From NCBI GenBank assembly GCA_034435875.1, contig DAOTWL010000188.1, positions 1 to 42,855 on the forward strand: a stretch of 42,855 nucleotides of DNA, read 5' to 3'. Positions 24,359 through 32,156 of the stretch are shown piece by piece; within the stretch, counting starts at the first letter, position 1; each line of letters begins with the position of its first letter. Under the pieces are notes generated by a model. It did not search any database and was not told where the DNA came from. It saw only the letters and a list, made by a program, of their open reading frames with translations. Source of the stretch: Anaerolineae bacterium. GTDB lineage: Bacteria > Chloroflexota > Anaerolineae > B4-G1 > DUEL01. A program made the position numbers and the translations under genes.

Positions 24359-25267
24359 TTACCCATCCCGCTTCAGTTTCCCTGTCCGTTTGGCGTACTG
24401 CTCGGCCTGGTGGAAAATCGCCAGCCCCAGGGGGATGGAGACGATGCCCGCCAGCAACGTCGGCCAGAGATAGGGCCAGAGAGACGCCGTGGGCACGCCG
24501 TGCAGGATGGCCGCCCGCATCCCCTCCAGCACAAACGTCGCCGGGGAGACCCGCGCCAGCGGCTGTATCCAGGTCGGGAGCACCTCCACCGGGTAGTAGA
24601 CGCCGGAGATGAGCAGGAAGATGGCCTGGAGGACGTTGGTCATCTGCGCGCCTCGCTCCGGGAACAGCAATGGCAATACCGATGCGACGATGCCCAGTCC
24701 GATAAAGGAAAGACTCCCCGATAGAAGCACCACTGTTGCCCCCCAGAGGTTCGCCCCGCTCAGGTCCAGGTGGAAGAAGAGCACCACCACGCCCAGGATG
24801 ACCAGTGTGAAGAGCAGGCTGTAAGCCACGGCGAAGGCCGTCTGTCCCATCATATGGGTGAAGCGGGTAACGGGGGCCATCAGGGTGTACTCTATCGTCC
24901 CCTCCCACCGCTCCCAGGCAATCATCTCGCTGATGTTGTCAAAGATGAGGGCCAGGAAACGCCAGACCATGGTCCCGATGAGCAGGTAGAGGATAAGGTA
25001 GTTGGTGTCCACCTGCACGCCGGAGATGGCCTCCATCCCGGCGCCGATGTAGGTGATGGAGAGGGTGGTGGCGATGGAATATGCCAGCCAGACCGCCTCC
25101 CATCCCCAGTAGCGGCGCACCAGATTGAAGTTGCGCTCCACGAACGCGTAGGAAGCGCGGATCGCCCATCGCAGATCGCCAATCGCAGATCGCGGATCGC
25201 GGGTTGTAGGTCGCTTCTGACAGGTCGCAGGTAGATTGTCATATATCGCATTTTGCCTTTTGTTCAT
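24359..25267 (-). CDS. ABC-2 type transporter permease
   Basis: 302 aa with six TM segments. FVERNFNLVRRYWGWE...RVSPATFVLEGMRAAIL is typical of ABC-2 permeases. The N-terminal 35 aa include a heptamer-repeat-encoded low-complexity stretch. Confidence 0.85.
   Translation of the reverse strand: MNKRQNAIYDNLPATCQKRPTTRDPRSAIGDLRWAIRASYAFVERNFNLVRRYWGWEAVWLAYSIATTLSITYIGAGMEAISGVQVDTNYLILYLLIGTMVWRFLALIFDNISEMIAWERWEGTIEYTLMAPVTRFTHMMGQTAFAVAYSLLFTLVILGVVVLFFHLDLSGANLWGATVVLLSGSLSFIGLGIVASVLPLLFPERGAQMTNVLQAIFLLISGVYYPVEVLPTWIQPLARVSPATFVLEGMRAAILHGVPTASLWPYLWPTLLAGIVSIPLGLAIFHQAEQYAKRTGKLKRDG
25160..25201. repeat. tandem heptanucleotide array, 6 x (G/C/A)ATCGC(C/A/G), inside the permease 5' coding end
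   Basis: GATCGCC CATCGCA GATCGCC AATCGCA GATCGCG GATCGCG. Confidence 0.8.
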
Positions 25268-25307
25268 TGCGCGTCACTCCCCCGATCAAAACCGCCCTGT
25301 GGATAGC

Positions 25308-25384
25308 GGTCAGCCGGCAGTGGGCAGTCAGCAGCCTCAGTGATCGGTACTCTGTCGTCGGTGGTCAGTGGTCTGTCGTCGGTC
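25308..25384. repeat. degenerate tandem heptanucleotide array (about 11 units, GTC/CAG-GTG type)
   Basis: GGTCAGC CGGCAGT GGGCAGT CAGCAGC CTCAGTG ATCGGTA CTCTGTC GTCGGTG GTCAGTG GTCTGTC GTCGGTC. The array spans the GNAT-permease spacer and the last codons of the GNAT gene. Confidence 0.7.
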
Positions 25385-26306
25385 GTCTCCAGAACATCAG
25401 GTCGGTCTGGAATTCCAGGCCCAAGGCGGAGGCCAGAGTCCCGCCCTCCGGCTCTTCCAGAAGCAGGTCCACGTAGGCAAAGCCCAGTTGGGCCGCCAGG
25501 GCCTGCAGGGCCTCCACCGCCGGGCGCAGATCAGCCTCCGGCGGCGCCCAGACGAAACCGTCGGCCTGGGTGGGGGCCAGGGGTTGCGCCCGCAGCCCCA
25601 GCCAGACGGTCTCTCCGCCCGGCATGCGGGCCTGCCAGCGCCCCCAGGGGAGACGGGCCAATTCCGGCAGCGGCCGGTCGCCGATTTCGTGCCACATATG
25701 GCGCCCGGTCTGGTAGCGGCCCACCCGCAGCGCCAGCCCCTGCCTGGCGGGGTAAGGGGCATCATCGGCCCGGCACAGGTCGGCAGGGAGCGGCCCCTCC
25801 CGCGCCGGGGCCTGCCACTCCCGCAGCCATAGCCAGGGCTCAAACCCCATCCGGCGGTAGAACGGCTCCGCCTCCCGCTCCGGTTGGGTCGTGAGCGCTA
25901 CACAGCCCCGCTCCCGCGCCAGCGCGCCCCCCGCCTCCACCAGCGCCCGGCCTGCTCCCCGTCCCAGATGGGCCGCGTGGACGTAGAGGAGAGAAATGTG
26001 CAGGACGTGCCCGTACGGCGGCGGTTCATCGTCCTCCACGAACTCCGCCTCGCCCACCCCCTCGTCCCCCCGCAGGGCGACCCGGGCCAGATGGCCCGCT
26101 CCCAGCCAGCGCCGGAGGTGCGCCGCGCAGGTCTCCACACTCATCCACGGGCCGCCGTGGAGCCACCGCTCGTACAGGGAGAGGGCTTCGTAGGGGACCG
26201 GCTCCCCCTTCCCGCCCCGCCGCCAGACCCGGATGTGGCTGCAGTGGACGGCGGTGATGGCGGCCGCGTCCTCGGGCGTCGCCGGACGGATGGTCAACCC
26301 GTTCAT
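25365..26306 (-). CDS. GNAT family N-acetyltransferase with a C-terminal extension of about 150 aa and unknown function
   Basis: MNGLTIRPATPEDAAAITAV...LLYVHAAHLGRGAGRALVEAGGALARERGCVALTTQPEREAEPFYRRMGF is the GNAT core. Residues from about 165 to 313 are unrecognised. ATGA overlap with the ATPase stop. Confidence 0.8.
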   Translation of the reverse strand: MNGLTIRPATPEDAAAITAVHCSHIRVWRRGGKGEPVPYEALSLYERWLHGGPWMSVETCAAHLRRWLGAGHLARVALRGDEGVGEAEFVEDDEPPPYGHVLHISLLYVHAAHLGRGAGRALVEAGGALARERGCVALTTQPEREAEPFYRRMGFEPWLWLREWQAPAREGPLPADLCRADDAPYPARQGLALRVGRYQTGRHMWHEIGDRPLPELARLPWGRWQARMPGGETVWLGLRAQPLAPTQADGFVWAPPEADLRPAVEALQALAAQLGFAYVDLLLEEPEGGTLASALGLEFQTDLMFWRRPTTDH

Positions 26307-27130
26307 CCTTCCTCCTGCAGCTGTTTTCCCGTCAGTTCCATGAAAACATCCTCCAGCGTCACATCGTGGCCGTTAGCCACTCCAACGTGCGCTTTCAGCG
26401 CGCCGGGAGTGTCCAGGGCGATGATGCGCCCGTCATCTATGATGGCCACCCGGTCGCAGAGGGCGTCCGCCTCCTGCATATCGTGCGTGGTCAGGAGGAT
26501 AGTGGCGTCGTGGCTATCCCGCAGTTCCCGCACGAATGCTTGGACCTCTCGCTTGGACCGGGGGTCCAGCCCGGTGGTCGGCTCGTCCAGCAGGAGCAGG
26601 ACCGGCCGGGTGAGGAAAGCGCGAGCGATGGCGACCTTCTGCTGCATCCCCCGGCTCATCTCCTCCATCGGCTGGAAGACCTCATCCCGCTTTAGGCCCA
26701 GACGGGTGAGGATATAGAGGGCGCGCTCCCGGGCCTGACGGCCGTCCAGCCCGTAGAGGCGGGCGCCGTAGAGGAGGTTCTCCATCGCCGAGAGTTTCTT
26801 GAAGAAGGACGCCTCCGCCGAGACGCGGTTGATGAGCCGCCGGACGGCCATTTCCTCTCGCACGACGTCATGGCCGAAGACGGTTATCTGGCCAGAATCG
26901 GGCAGGAGGAGGGTGGCGATGAGCCGCACCAGCGTGGACTTGCCGGAGCCATTGGGGCCCAGAATGCCGAAAATCTCCCCCCGTTCCACCTGAAAACTGA
27001 CGCGATCCACGGCGACAATGACGGATGGGGCCGCGTCTGCCCATTTCCGCAGGTGGAAGAACCGGTTATGTTTGCGGAACCGCTTGGTGACTTCGGATAC
27101 GACGACGGCAGTGCGGATGTTTTCGTACAT
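26303..27130 (-). CDS. ABC transporter ATP-binding protein (DrrA/ABC-2 subfamily)
   Basis: Walker A GPNGSGKST, signature SRGMQQK, Walker B LLLLDEPTTGLD and H-loop TTHDM. ATG 27130 has SD GAGGGAGA, inside ORF 26303..27220. Confidence 0.92.
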   Translation of the reverse strand: MYENIRTAVVVSEVTKRFRKHNRFFHLRKWADAAPSVIVAVDRVSFQVERGEIFGILGPNGSGKSTLVRLIATLLLPDSGQITVFGHDVVREEMAVRRLINRVSAEASFFKKLSAMENLLYGARLYGLDGRQARERALYILTRLGLKRDEVFQPMEEMSRGMQQKVAIARAFLTRPVLLLLDEPTTGLDPRSKREVQAFVRELRDSHDATILLTTHDMQEADALCDRVAIIDDGRIIALDTPGALKAHVGVANGHDVTLEDVFMELTGKQLQEEG

Positions 27131-27174
27131 CTTCTCCCTCGGGATGGTAGCCGCAGAATATGTCTGGATAGACA

Positions 27175-27205
27175 GCGAGGCCGTGGTGGAGTCCCACGGC
27201 CTCGC
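27175..27205 (-). promoter_or_regulatory. 12-bp perfect hairpin in the 5' leader of the ABC operon
   Basis: GCGAGGCCGTGG (27175-27186) pairs with CCACGGCCTCGC (27194-27205). It shares the GGCCGTGG/CCACGGCC core with the terminator just upstream, so alternative pairing is possible. Confidence 0.5.
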
Positions 27206-27214
27206 GCGGTGGAG

Positions 27215-27253
27215 AAACAAAAAGGCCGTGGGCTCCCGCAGGCGCCCACGGCC
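27215..27253 (-). terminator. intrinsic terminator on the minus strand, between the sORF and the ABC operon
   Basis: On the minus strand GGCCGTGGGC-10 nt-GCCCACGGCC (27224-27253) is followed by TTTTTGTTTCTCC. Confidence 0.65.
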
Positions 27254-27269
27254 TTAAGTATTATTTCAA

Positions 27270-27365
27270 TTACCAACCGGGTGGCGCACTGCGGCAAGGC
27301 ATGCTGGCAGCATTGCTGCACAGCACAGGAACTCCGATCATCCAGGAAGTCGTCGCAATGCGCAT
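27270..27365 (-). CDS. candidate 31-aa small ORF (MRIATTSWMIGVPVLCSNAASMPCRSAPPGW), or a non-coding structured leader
   Basis: Found by manual translation; it is too short for the ORF track. SD GAGGAG (27374-27379) lies 8 nt before ATG 27365, the stop TAA is at 27270-27272, and the terminator stem begins 16 nt later. Codon usage is not GC3-rich, unlike the host genes, so coding status is uncertain. Confidence 0.35.
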   Translation of the reverse strand: MRIATTSWMIGVPVLCSNAASMPCRSAPPGW

Positions 27366-27395
27366 CTGGCCTGCTCCTCAGTGGTTTTGTCTTCT

Positions 27396-27423
27396 ATTTT
27401 ACTCCGATTCGGATAATTGTCAA
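27396..27423 (-). promoter_or_regulatory. near-consensus promoter, TTGACA-16 nt-TAAAAT (minus strand)
   Basis: TTGACA is the reverse complement of 27418-27423 and TAAAAT of 27396-27401. The predicted transcription start is near 27389. Confidence 0.55.
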
Positions 27424-27436
27424 ATCAGAATGGCGC

Positions 27437-27465
27437 TTGCCACCTCCGATTCCAAATGGTATAAT
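27437..27465 (+). promoter_or_regulatory. promoter, TTGCCA-17 nt-TATAAT (plus strand), back to back with the minus-strand promoter
   Basis: TTGCCA at 27437-27442 and TATAAT at 27460-27465. It points toward the DedA gene through a repeat-containing leader of about 320 nt. Confidence 0.5.
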
Positions 27466-27518
27466 CCTGCCATCCGAGAAAAGTCCACCTGTGCAGTCAT
27501 GGACGCCGTTTTCAGAAA

Positions 27519-27672
27519 GCCTCTCCCCCCTTGCCCCCTCCCCGTTGCCGCTGCGCGGCATGGGGAGGAAGGAGACAACGGGGGTTGGGGGCGGCGGCCT
27601 CCGGCTGCCGCCCCCAACCCCCTCCTTTCTCTTCTCCCCGCTGGCGGGAGAGATGGAGGGGGTCTCCTCCCG
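27519..27672. repeat. family A-related GC-rich palindromic element
   Basis: It reads CCCCTTGCCCCCTCCCC...GGGGGTTGGGGGCGGCGGCCTCCGGCTGCCGCCCCCAACCCCC...GGAGGGGGTCTCC, with a long central hairpin. Confidence 0.5.
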
Positions 27673-27792
27673 TTTCGGTGTAAAGGGGGCAGGAGGATGA
27701 GGAGGGGTAAACCGCTGCCCGCCCATTAAGGAATACCCGCCTCAACCGCACAGGTGGAAAAAGTTACAGACCGAAACCATCAAAGGAGTCCT

Positions 27793-28452
27793 ATGGAAGC
27801 AATAGAAACCGCTATTGTGGAATTTCTCCATTCCGTTCTGAACGCCATCGGCTGGCCGGGGGTCGTGCTGATTATGGCGCTGGAGAGCGCCAATATCCCC
27901 ATCCCCAGCGAAGTAACGATGCCGCTGGCCGGATGGATGCTGGTCCAGGCAAAGGGATGGCCTCTCTGGCAGGCCGTTCTGGACGGCGGCTTTTACGGTG
28001 GGCTGGGGTGTACCATCGGCTCTATCGCCTCCTACTTGCTGGGCATGTGGGGAGGGCGGCCCTTCCTCCAGCGCTGGGGCCGGTACATCCTCATCTCTCG
28101 GCACGACCTGGAGCAGGCCGACCGCTGGTTTGCCCGCTGGGGCGATTGGGCCGTCTTTATCTCTCGCCTCCTGCCCATCATGCGCACATTCATCTCCTTC
28201 CCTGCCGGCGTTGTCCGGGTTCCGCTTATTCGGTTCACCGTCCTCAGTTTCATCGGCTCCTTCATCTGGTGCGCCGCGCTGGCCGCCGCAGGCCACGCCT
28301 TCGGGAGCGAATGGGAGCGCATCCGGGAAATCATGCGCCCCTTTGACATCCCCATCGCCATCGCTATTCTGGCTGGCCTGGGCTACTACATCTACCGGCA
28401 CATCCGCCGGGCCCAGACCCCCATCGCTGCCGGAGAGGGCGAACCGGTATAA
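27793..28452 (+). CDS. DedA family membrane protein
   Basis: WPGVVLIMALESANIPIPSEVTMPLAG...GRPFLQRWGRY...RWFARWGDWAVFISRLLPIMRTFISFPAG is canonical DedA/SNARE-associated. ATG 27793 has SD AAAGGAG. Confidence 0.9.
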   Translation: MEAIETAIVEFLHSVLNAIGWPGVVLIMALESANIPIPSEVTMPLAGWMLVQAKGWPLWQAVLDGGFYGGLGCTIGSIASYLLGMWGGRPFLQRWGRYILISRHDLEQADRWFARWGDWAVFISRLLPIMRTFISFPAGVVRVPLIRFTVLSFIGSFIWCAALAAAGHAFGSEWERIREIMRPFDIPIAIAILAGLGYYIYRHIRRAQTPIAAGEGEPV

Positions 28453-28504
28453 AAAGCGGAAGGCGCTTTTGGAGCTGGCATGACCTTGATGCAGCGAAAC
28501 CGTT

Positions 28505-28580
28505 TGTGGTCAGCCACGAAGCGGAGCGGCGTCAAAACGGCACTTCGCTGCGCTCCGTGCCTTACTACGAACAAGAACGA
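28505..28580. repeat. family B hairpin element (short copy)
   Basis: GTGGTCAGCCACGAAGCGGAGCGGCG-TCAAAA-CGGCACTTCGCTGCGCTCCGTGCCTTACTACGAAC. Confidence 0.5.
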
Positions 28581-28600
28581 AGCGGTTCGGGCAATCCCTG

Positions 28601-29416
28601 ATGAACGTCCTTCAGCATCTGCGAGAACTCTGGCAGTACCGGGACCTGGTCCGCAACCTGGTTGTCCGGGACCTGAAGGCCCGCTATAAAAACTCCATCC
28701 TGGGTGTGGCCTGGTCGTGGGTCAACCCCCTGATGATGATGGTCGTCTACACTATCGTCTTCAACATCCTGGCGGGTCGCTCCAACCTCCGCAACTATCC
28801 GGTCTTCATCCTCTGCGCCCTGTTGCCCTGGAACTTTTTCGCCAACGCCGTCTCCCAGGCGACCAACAGTATCGTGGACGCCGCGCCCCTGGTCAAAAAG
28901 GTCTACTTCCCCCGCGAGGTGCTCCCCCTCTCCGCCGTCCTGAGCAATATGGTCCACTTCCTCATCTCCCTCCCCGTCCTCTTCCTGCTGGCCCTGGCGA
29001 TGGGAAACCCGCTGACCGGCTGGGCTCTGCTGTTCCCCGTCACCCTGGCCATTCAAGTAATGTTCACCGTCGGCGTCGGATTCATCACGGCCACGCTGAA
29101 CGTCTTCTACCGGGACACCCGGCTGATTATGGATGTGCTCCTGCTGGCCTGGTTCTTCCTCACCCCCATCTTCTACCCGCTCACCACCGTCCCGGAACGG
29201 TACGTCCTCTGGGGCGTCTCTATCAACGTGCGGGCCTGGCTCTTGCGGCTGAACCCGATGGCCTCCATTATATCTTCGTATCGGGACCTCCTGTACTGGG
29301 GAACCTCCACCGCCTGGGACTTCCTTCTGCGAACGGCGGTGACATCGCTCATCGTCCTGGTGATCGGCTACCTGGTCTTCCTGCGGTACAGCCCCCGGTT
29401 TGGGGAAGAGGTGTAA
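28601..29416 (+). CDS. ABC-2 type polysaccharide/teichoic-acid export permease (Wzm/TagG-like)
   Basis: LWQYRDLVRNLVVRDLKARYKNSILGVAWSWVNPLMMM...VKKVYFPREVLPLS...FYRDTRLIMDVLL is the canonical Wzm/TagG signature. Confidence 0.88.
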   Translation: MNVLQHLRELWQYRDLVRNLVVRDLKARYKNSILGVAWSWVNPLMMMVVYTIVFNILAGRSNLRNYPVFILCALLPWNFFANAVSQATNSIVDAAPLVKKVYFPREVLPLSAVLSNMVHFLISLPVLFLLALAMGNPLTGWALLFPVTLAIQVMFTVGVGFITATLNVFYRDTRLIMDVLLLAWFFLTPIFYPLTTVPERYVLWGVSINVRAWLLRLNPMASIISSYRDLLYWGTSTAWDFLLRTAVTSLIVLVIGYLVFLRYSPRFGEEV

Positions 29417-29417
29417 A

Positions 29418-29445
29418 GAAGCAGGAAGTAGGAAGCAGGAAGCGA
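29418..29445. repeat. tandem heptanucleotide array, 4 x GAAG(C/T)(A/G)(G/A), filling the whole intergenic spacer
   Basis: GAAGCAG GAAGTAG GAAGCAG GAAGCGA lies between the stop at 29416 and ATG 29447. Confidence 0.75.
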
Positions 29446-29446
29446 G

Positions 29447-31153
29447 ATGAAATGTACGACGGTTGGCTTCCGGATGGTGGTCGTTGGGATTTTCCTGACG
29501 GCGATCCTGGCGTGTGCTCCTTCGGGGTTCCTGCCCAGACTGCCCTCCACGCTCCTGCCCACACCATCGCTCCCATCTCCGCCCCCCGATATCGCCCTCG
29601 CCCCTGAGGACGTCACGCTCTACCCCCTGCCGGTCCCCGGACCGGGGGGCCGCTGGCTTTTCTACCGGGGCGACCAGATTTCTTTTGACGTCACCCCCCG
29701 TTATCTGGGCACAATCCCGCCAGAAGATGTGACCGTCCGCATTTATCGCCTGAAGGGGACGGGACAGGAAGTCCTGACCGAAGGGACCGTTGGCTATCCG
29801 ACTTTTGACGGGGCGCCGCGTGCCCGCCTGACCTGGGTCTGGGATACCCGGGACGCCGGGGGACGGGAGACCCTGGTCGTCCATCTGGACCCTGACGACC
29901 ACATCCAGGTCGGAGACGAGGACCCGACCAACAACGTGGTCACGTTGACCATCCGCTTCATCGCCGACGCCGCCCGCCCGGCCCCGGAGGCCCTGGCCAC
30001 CTGGGCGACGACGACCACCCACTGCTGTGTCCTCCATTACCTGACCTGCACCCGCGCCGAGCGGGACCTCACGATTTTGACCCAGGCTACCGAACGCGCC
30101 GTTGCCCTTGTCCAGGAGCGGCTGGGCACCCGGCTGGCATCGCCGCTGGAGATATACTTCATCGGACGGGTGGTCGGGCAGGGCGGGTATGCTCAGGAGG
30201 GCGTTGTCCTCTCCTACCCGGACCGCCTCTACACCGGGGAGGGGCTGGAAATCGTCCTCCGCCATGAAGCCGTCCATGTGCTGGATGCTTCCCTGGTAGG
30301 GCCGGCGACGCCGGCCCTGCTGCGGGAGGGGCTGGCCGTATGGGTCGCCGGAGGCCATTACCGGCCTGAGTCTATTCCCTCTCGGGCCGGTGCGCTGGTC
30401 CGGCGGGGTTGGTATATCCCGCTGGCAGAACTGGCGGAGGATTTTTACAGCCACCAGCACGAAATCGGTTACCTGGAAGCCGCCGCCCTGGTCGCCTACC
30501 TGGTGGAGACCTATGGCTGGGACGAGTTCCTTTCCTTCTACCGCCGGGCCGGGGAGAAGCCCGACGCATCCCCGACCGAGGCACTGGATAACGCGCTGCG
30601 CCATTCCTTCGGCGCAGGGTTGGAGGAAACCGAACGGGCTTTCCGGACCTGGCTATCGGGTCAGCCCACCACCCCCGAAGAGATGCGGGATTTGGAACTC
30701 ACCGTCCGCCTCTTTGAGGCCATTCGCGGCTATCAGCAAATGGATGACCCCATGGCATATTTTCTGAGCGGGTGGTTCCCCGACGCGGCGGAGGGGAAAC
30801 AACGGGGCATTACCACCGACTTTCTCCGGCGCCCGCGCACCGCGCGGGCCGTTGCCGTAGAACTGATGTTCGTCTCGGCCCAGGAGGCCCTCCGGCGGGG
30901 CGCACTGGATGAGGCCGACTTCCTGATCGGCGGAGCGGAGCAGGCCCTGGAGGGAGATTTTTCTATCCCCCCGGCATCGGAGTACCTGGCCATCGCGCGA
31001 ACTATCGCTGGCCGGGGCAGCGAGGCCCAGCGGGTGGAGATACGGGGAGAAATGGCCTATGTCTGGGTCACCCCCATCGGGGACAAGACCGCCTGCTCGC
31101 TCCAGATGTGGACGCTGTACCGCGCCGATGCGCACTGGATAGCGGGGGAATAA
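29447..31153 (+). CDS. lipoprotein with an HExxH (peptidase MA-like) motif
   Basis: The signal peptide has the lipobox ILAC. LEIVLRHEAVHVLD is a zinc-metalloprotease-like HExxH. 568 aa, otherwise unrecognised. Confidence 0.7.
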   Translation: MKCTTVGFRMVVVGIFLTAILACAPSGFLPRLPSTLLPTPSLPSPPPDIALAPEDVTLYPLPVPGPGGRWLFYRGDQISFDVTPRYLGTIPPEDVTVRIYRLKGTGQEVLTEGTVGYPTFDGAPRARLTWVWDTRDAGGRETLVVHLDPDDHIQVGDEDPTNNVVTLTIRFIADAARPAPEALATWATTTTHCCVLHYLTCTRAERDLTILTQATERAVALVQERLGTRLASPLEIYFIGRVVGQGGYAQEGVVLSYPDRLYTGEGLEIVLRHEAVHVLDASLVGPATPALLREGLAVWVAGGHYRPESIPSRAGALVRRGWYIPLAELAEDFYSHQHEIGYLEAAALVAYLVETYGWDEFLSFYRRAGEKPDASPTEALDNALRHSFGAGLEETERAFRTWLSGQPTTPEEMRDLELTVRLFEAIRGYQQMDDPMAYFLSGWFPDAAEGKQRGITTDFLRRPRTARAVAVELMFVSAQEALRRGALDEADFLIGGAEQALEGDFSIPPASEYLAIARTIAGRGSEAQRVEIRGEMAYVWVTPIGDKTACSLQMWTLYRADAHWIAGE

Positions 31154-31162
31154 CGCCGGGGC

Positions 31163-31191
31163 TTGACACCCCCTCCGGTTTATGCTATCAT
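31163..31191 (+). promoter_or_regulatory. promoter, TTGACA-17 nt-TATCAT
   Basis: TTGACA at 31163-31168 and TATCAT at 31186-31191, upstream of the MBL hydrolase gene. Confidence 0.5.
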
Positions 31192-31274
31192 CTTTTTACC
31201 CCTAAAGGGAGAGATTTGGGAGCATCAGAGCGGCCCTTCCTCCCTCCTACCAGCAGCAGGCAAGGAAGTGAACG

Positions 31275-32156
31275 ATGCTCCAGGAACGAGTCTCCGCCGA
31301 CATCTACCTTTTTACCAGTGATCTCTACACCCAGGTTACCGCCGGTGTCATTGTAACCCCAGCGGGAGCCGTCCTGGTGGACACGCTCCCGTTCCCGATA
31401 GAGACGCAGGCCATCCTTCACTTCCTCTCCCGTCGGGCGCCAGCAGGTCTCCGTTATATTATTTATACCCACTACCATGCCGACCACATTTACGGGGCCT
31501 GCCTGTTCCCCGATGTCCCTATCATTGCCCACGCGCGCTGCCGTGAACATCTGCTTACGGCAGGGGAGGAGGGGTTAGAGGCCGCGCGCGCGGAAGCGCC
31601 AGACCTCCTGGAGAACGTCTCCATTCGCCTGCCCGACATCGTGCTGGATCGGGGAGAATTGATTCTATCCCTGGGTGGCAAAACCCTGCGCATCTTTGAG
31701 ACCCCTGGCCATTCCGATGATGGGATCTCCGTCTACGTGGAAGAAGACCTGGTGCTCTTCGCTGGAGATGCGATGATGCCTGTGCCTACGATCGTGGACG
31801 GTGACCTGGAGATACTGAAGCAATCACTCCGGAAGATTCAGGCCATAGAACCCGAAAGCATTGTCCAGGGGCATGGAGAGGTGATCCTGCGAGGGGAAGT
31901 CAAAGATGCGCTGCGGACCAACCTGGCGTACCTGGAGACCATCCAGCGGATCGCGGCCGAGGCGGTGACTAACGAACGGCGCCGGGCCACCCTCCTCAAA
32001 ACCGACGTGGAGAAGTGTGGGGTTCCTCGCGTGGCGCTGAACGGAGAAGCCCCGCGCCTCCATGCAGCCAACCTGCGGACGCTCTACAACCGATTAGCCC
32101 AATCTGCAGACCAGAGCGGGGCATCTAACTCCCAGAAACCGGGGAGAAAAGGATGA
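31275..32156 (+). CDS. MBL-fold metallo-hydrolase
   Basis: IIYTHYHADHIYG (HxHxDH) and TPGHSDD motifs. 293 aa. Confidence 0.88.
   Translation: MLQERVSADIYLFTSDLYTQVTAGVIVTPAGAVLVDTLPFPIETQAILHFLSRRAPAGLRYIIYTHYHADHIYGACLFPDVPIIAHARCREHLLTAGEEGLEAARAEAPDLLENVSIRLPDIVLDRGELILSLGGKTLRIFETPGHSDDGISVYVEEDLVLFAGDAMMPVPTIVDGDLEILKQSLRKIQAIEPESIVQGHGEVILRGEVKDALRTNLAYLETIQRIAAEAVTNERRRATLLKTDVEKCGVPRVALNGEAPRLHAANLRTLYNRLAQSADQSGASNSQKPGRKG

Noticed and set aside
27301-27729. ORFs 27301-27729(+), 26870-27700(+) and 26884-27321(-), which cover the AT-rich region and the repeat upstream of the ABC operon.
   Set aside because: They have no SD and a junk-like composition. They span promoter, terminator and family A repeat sequence.
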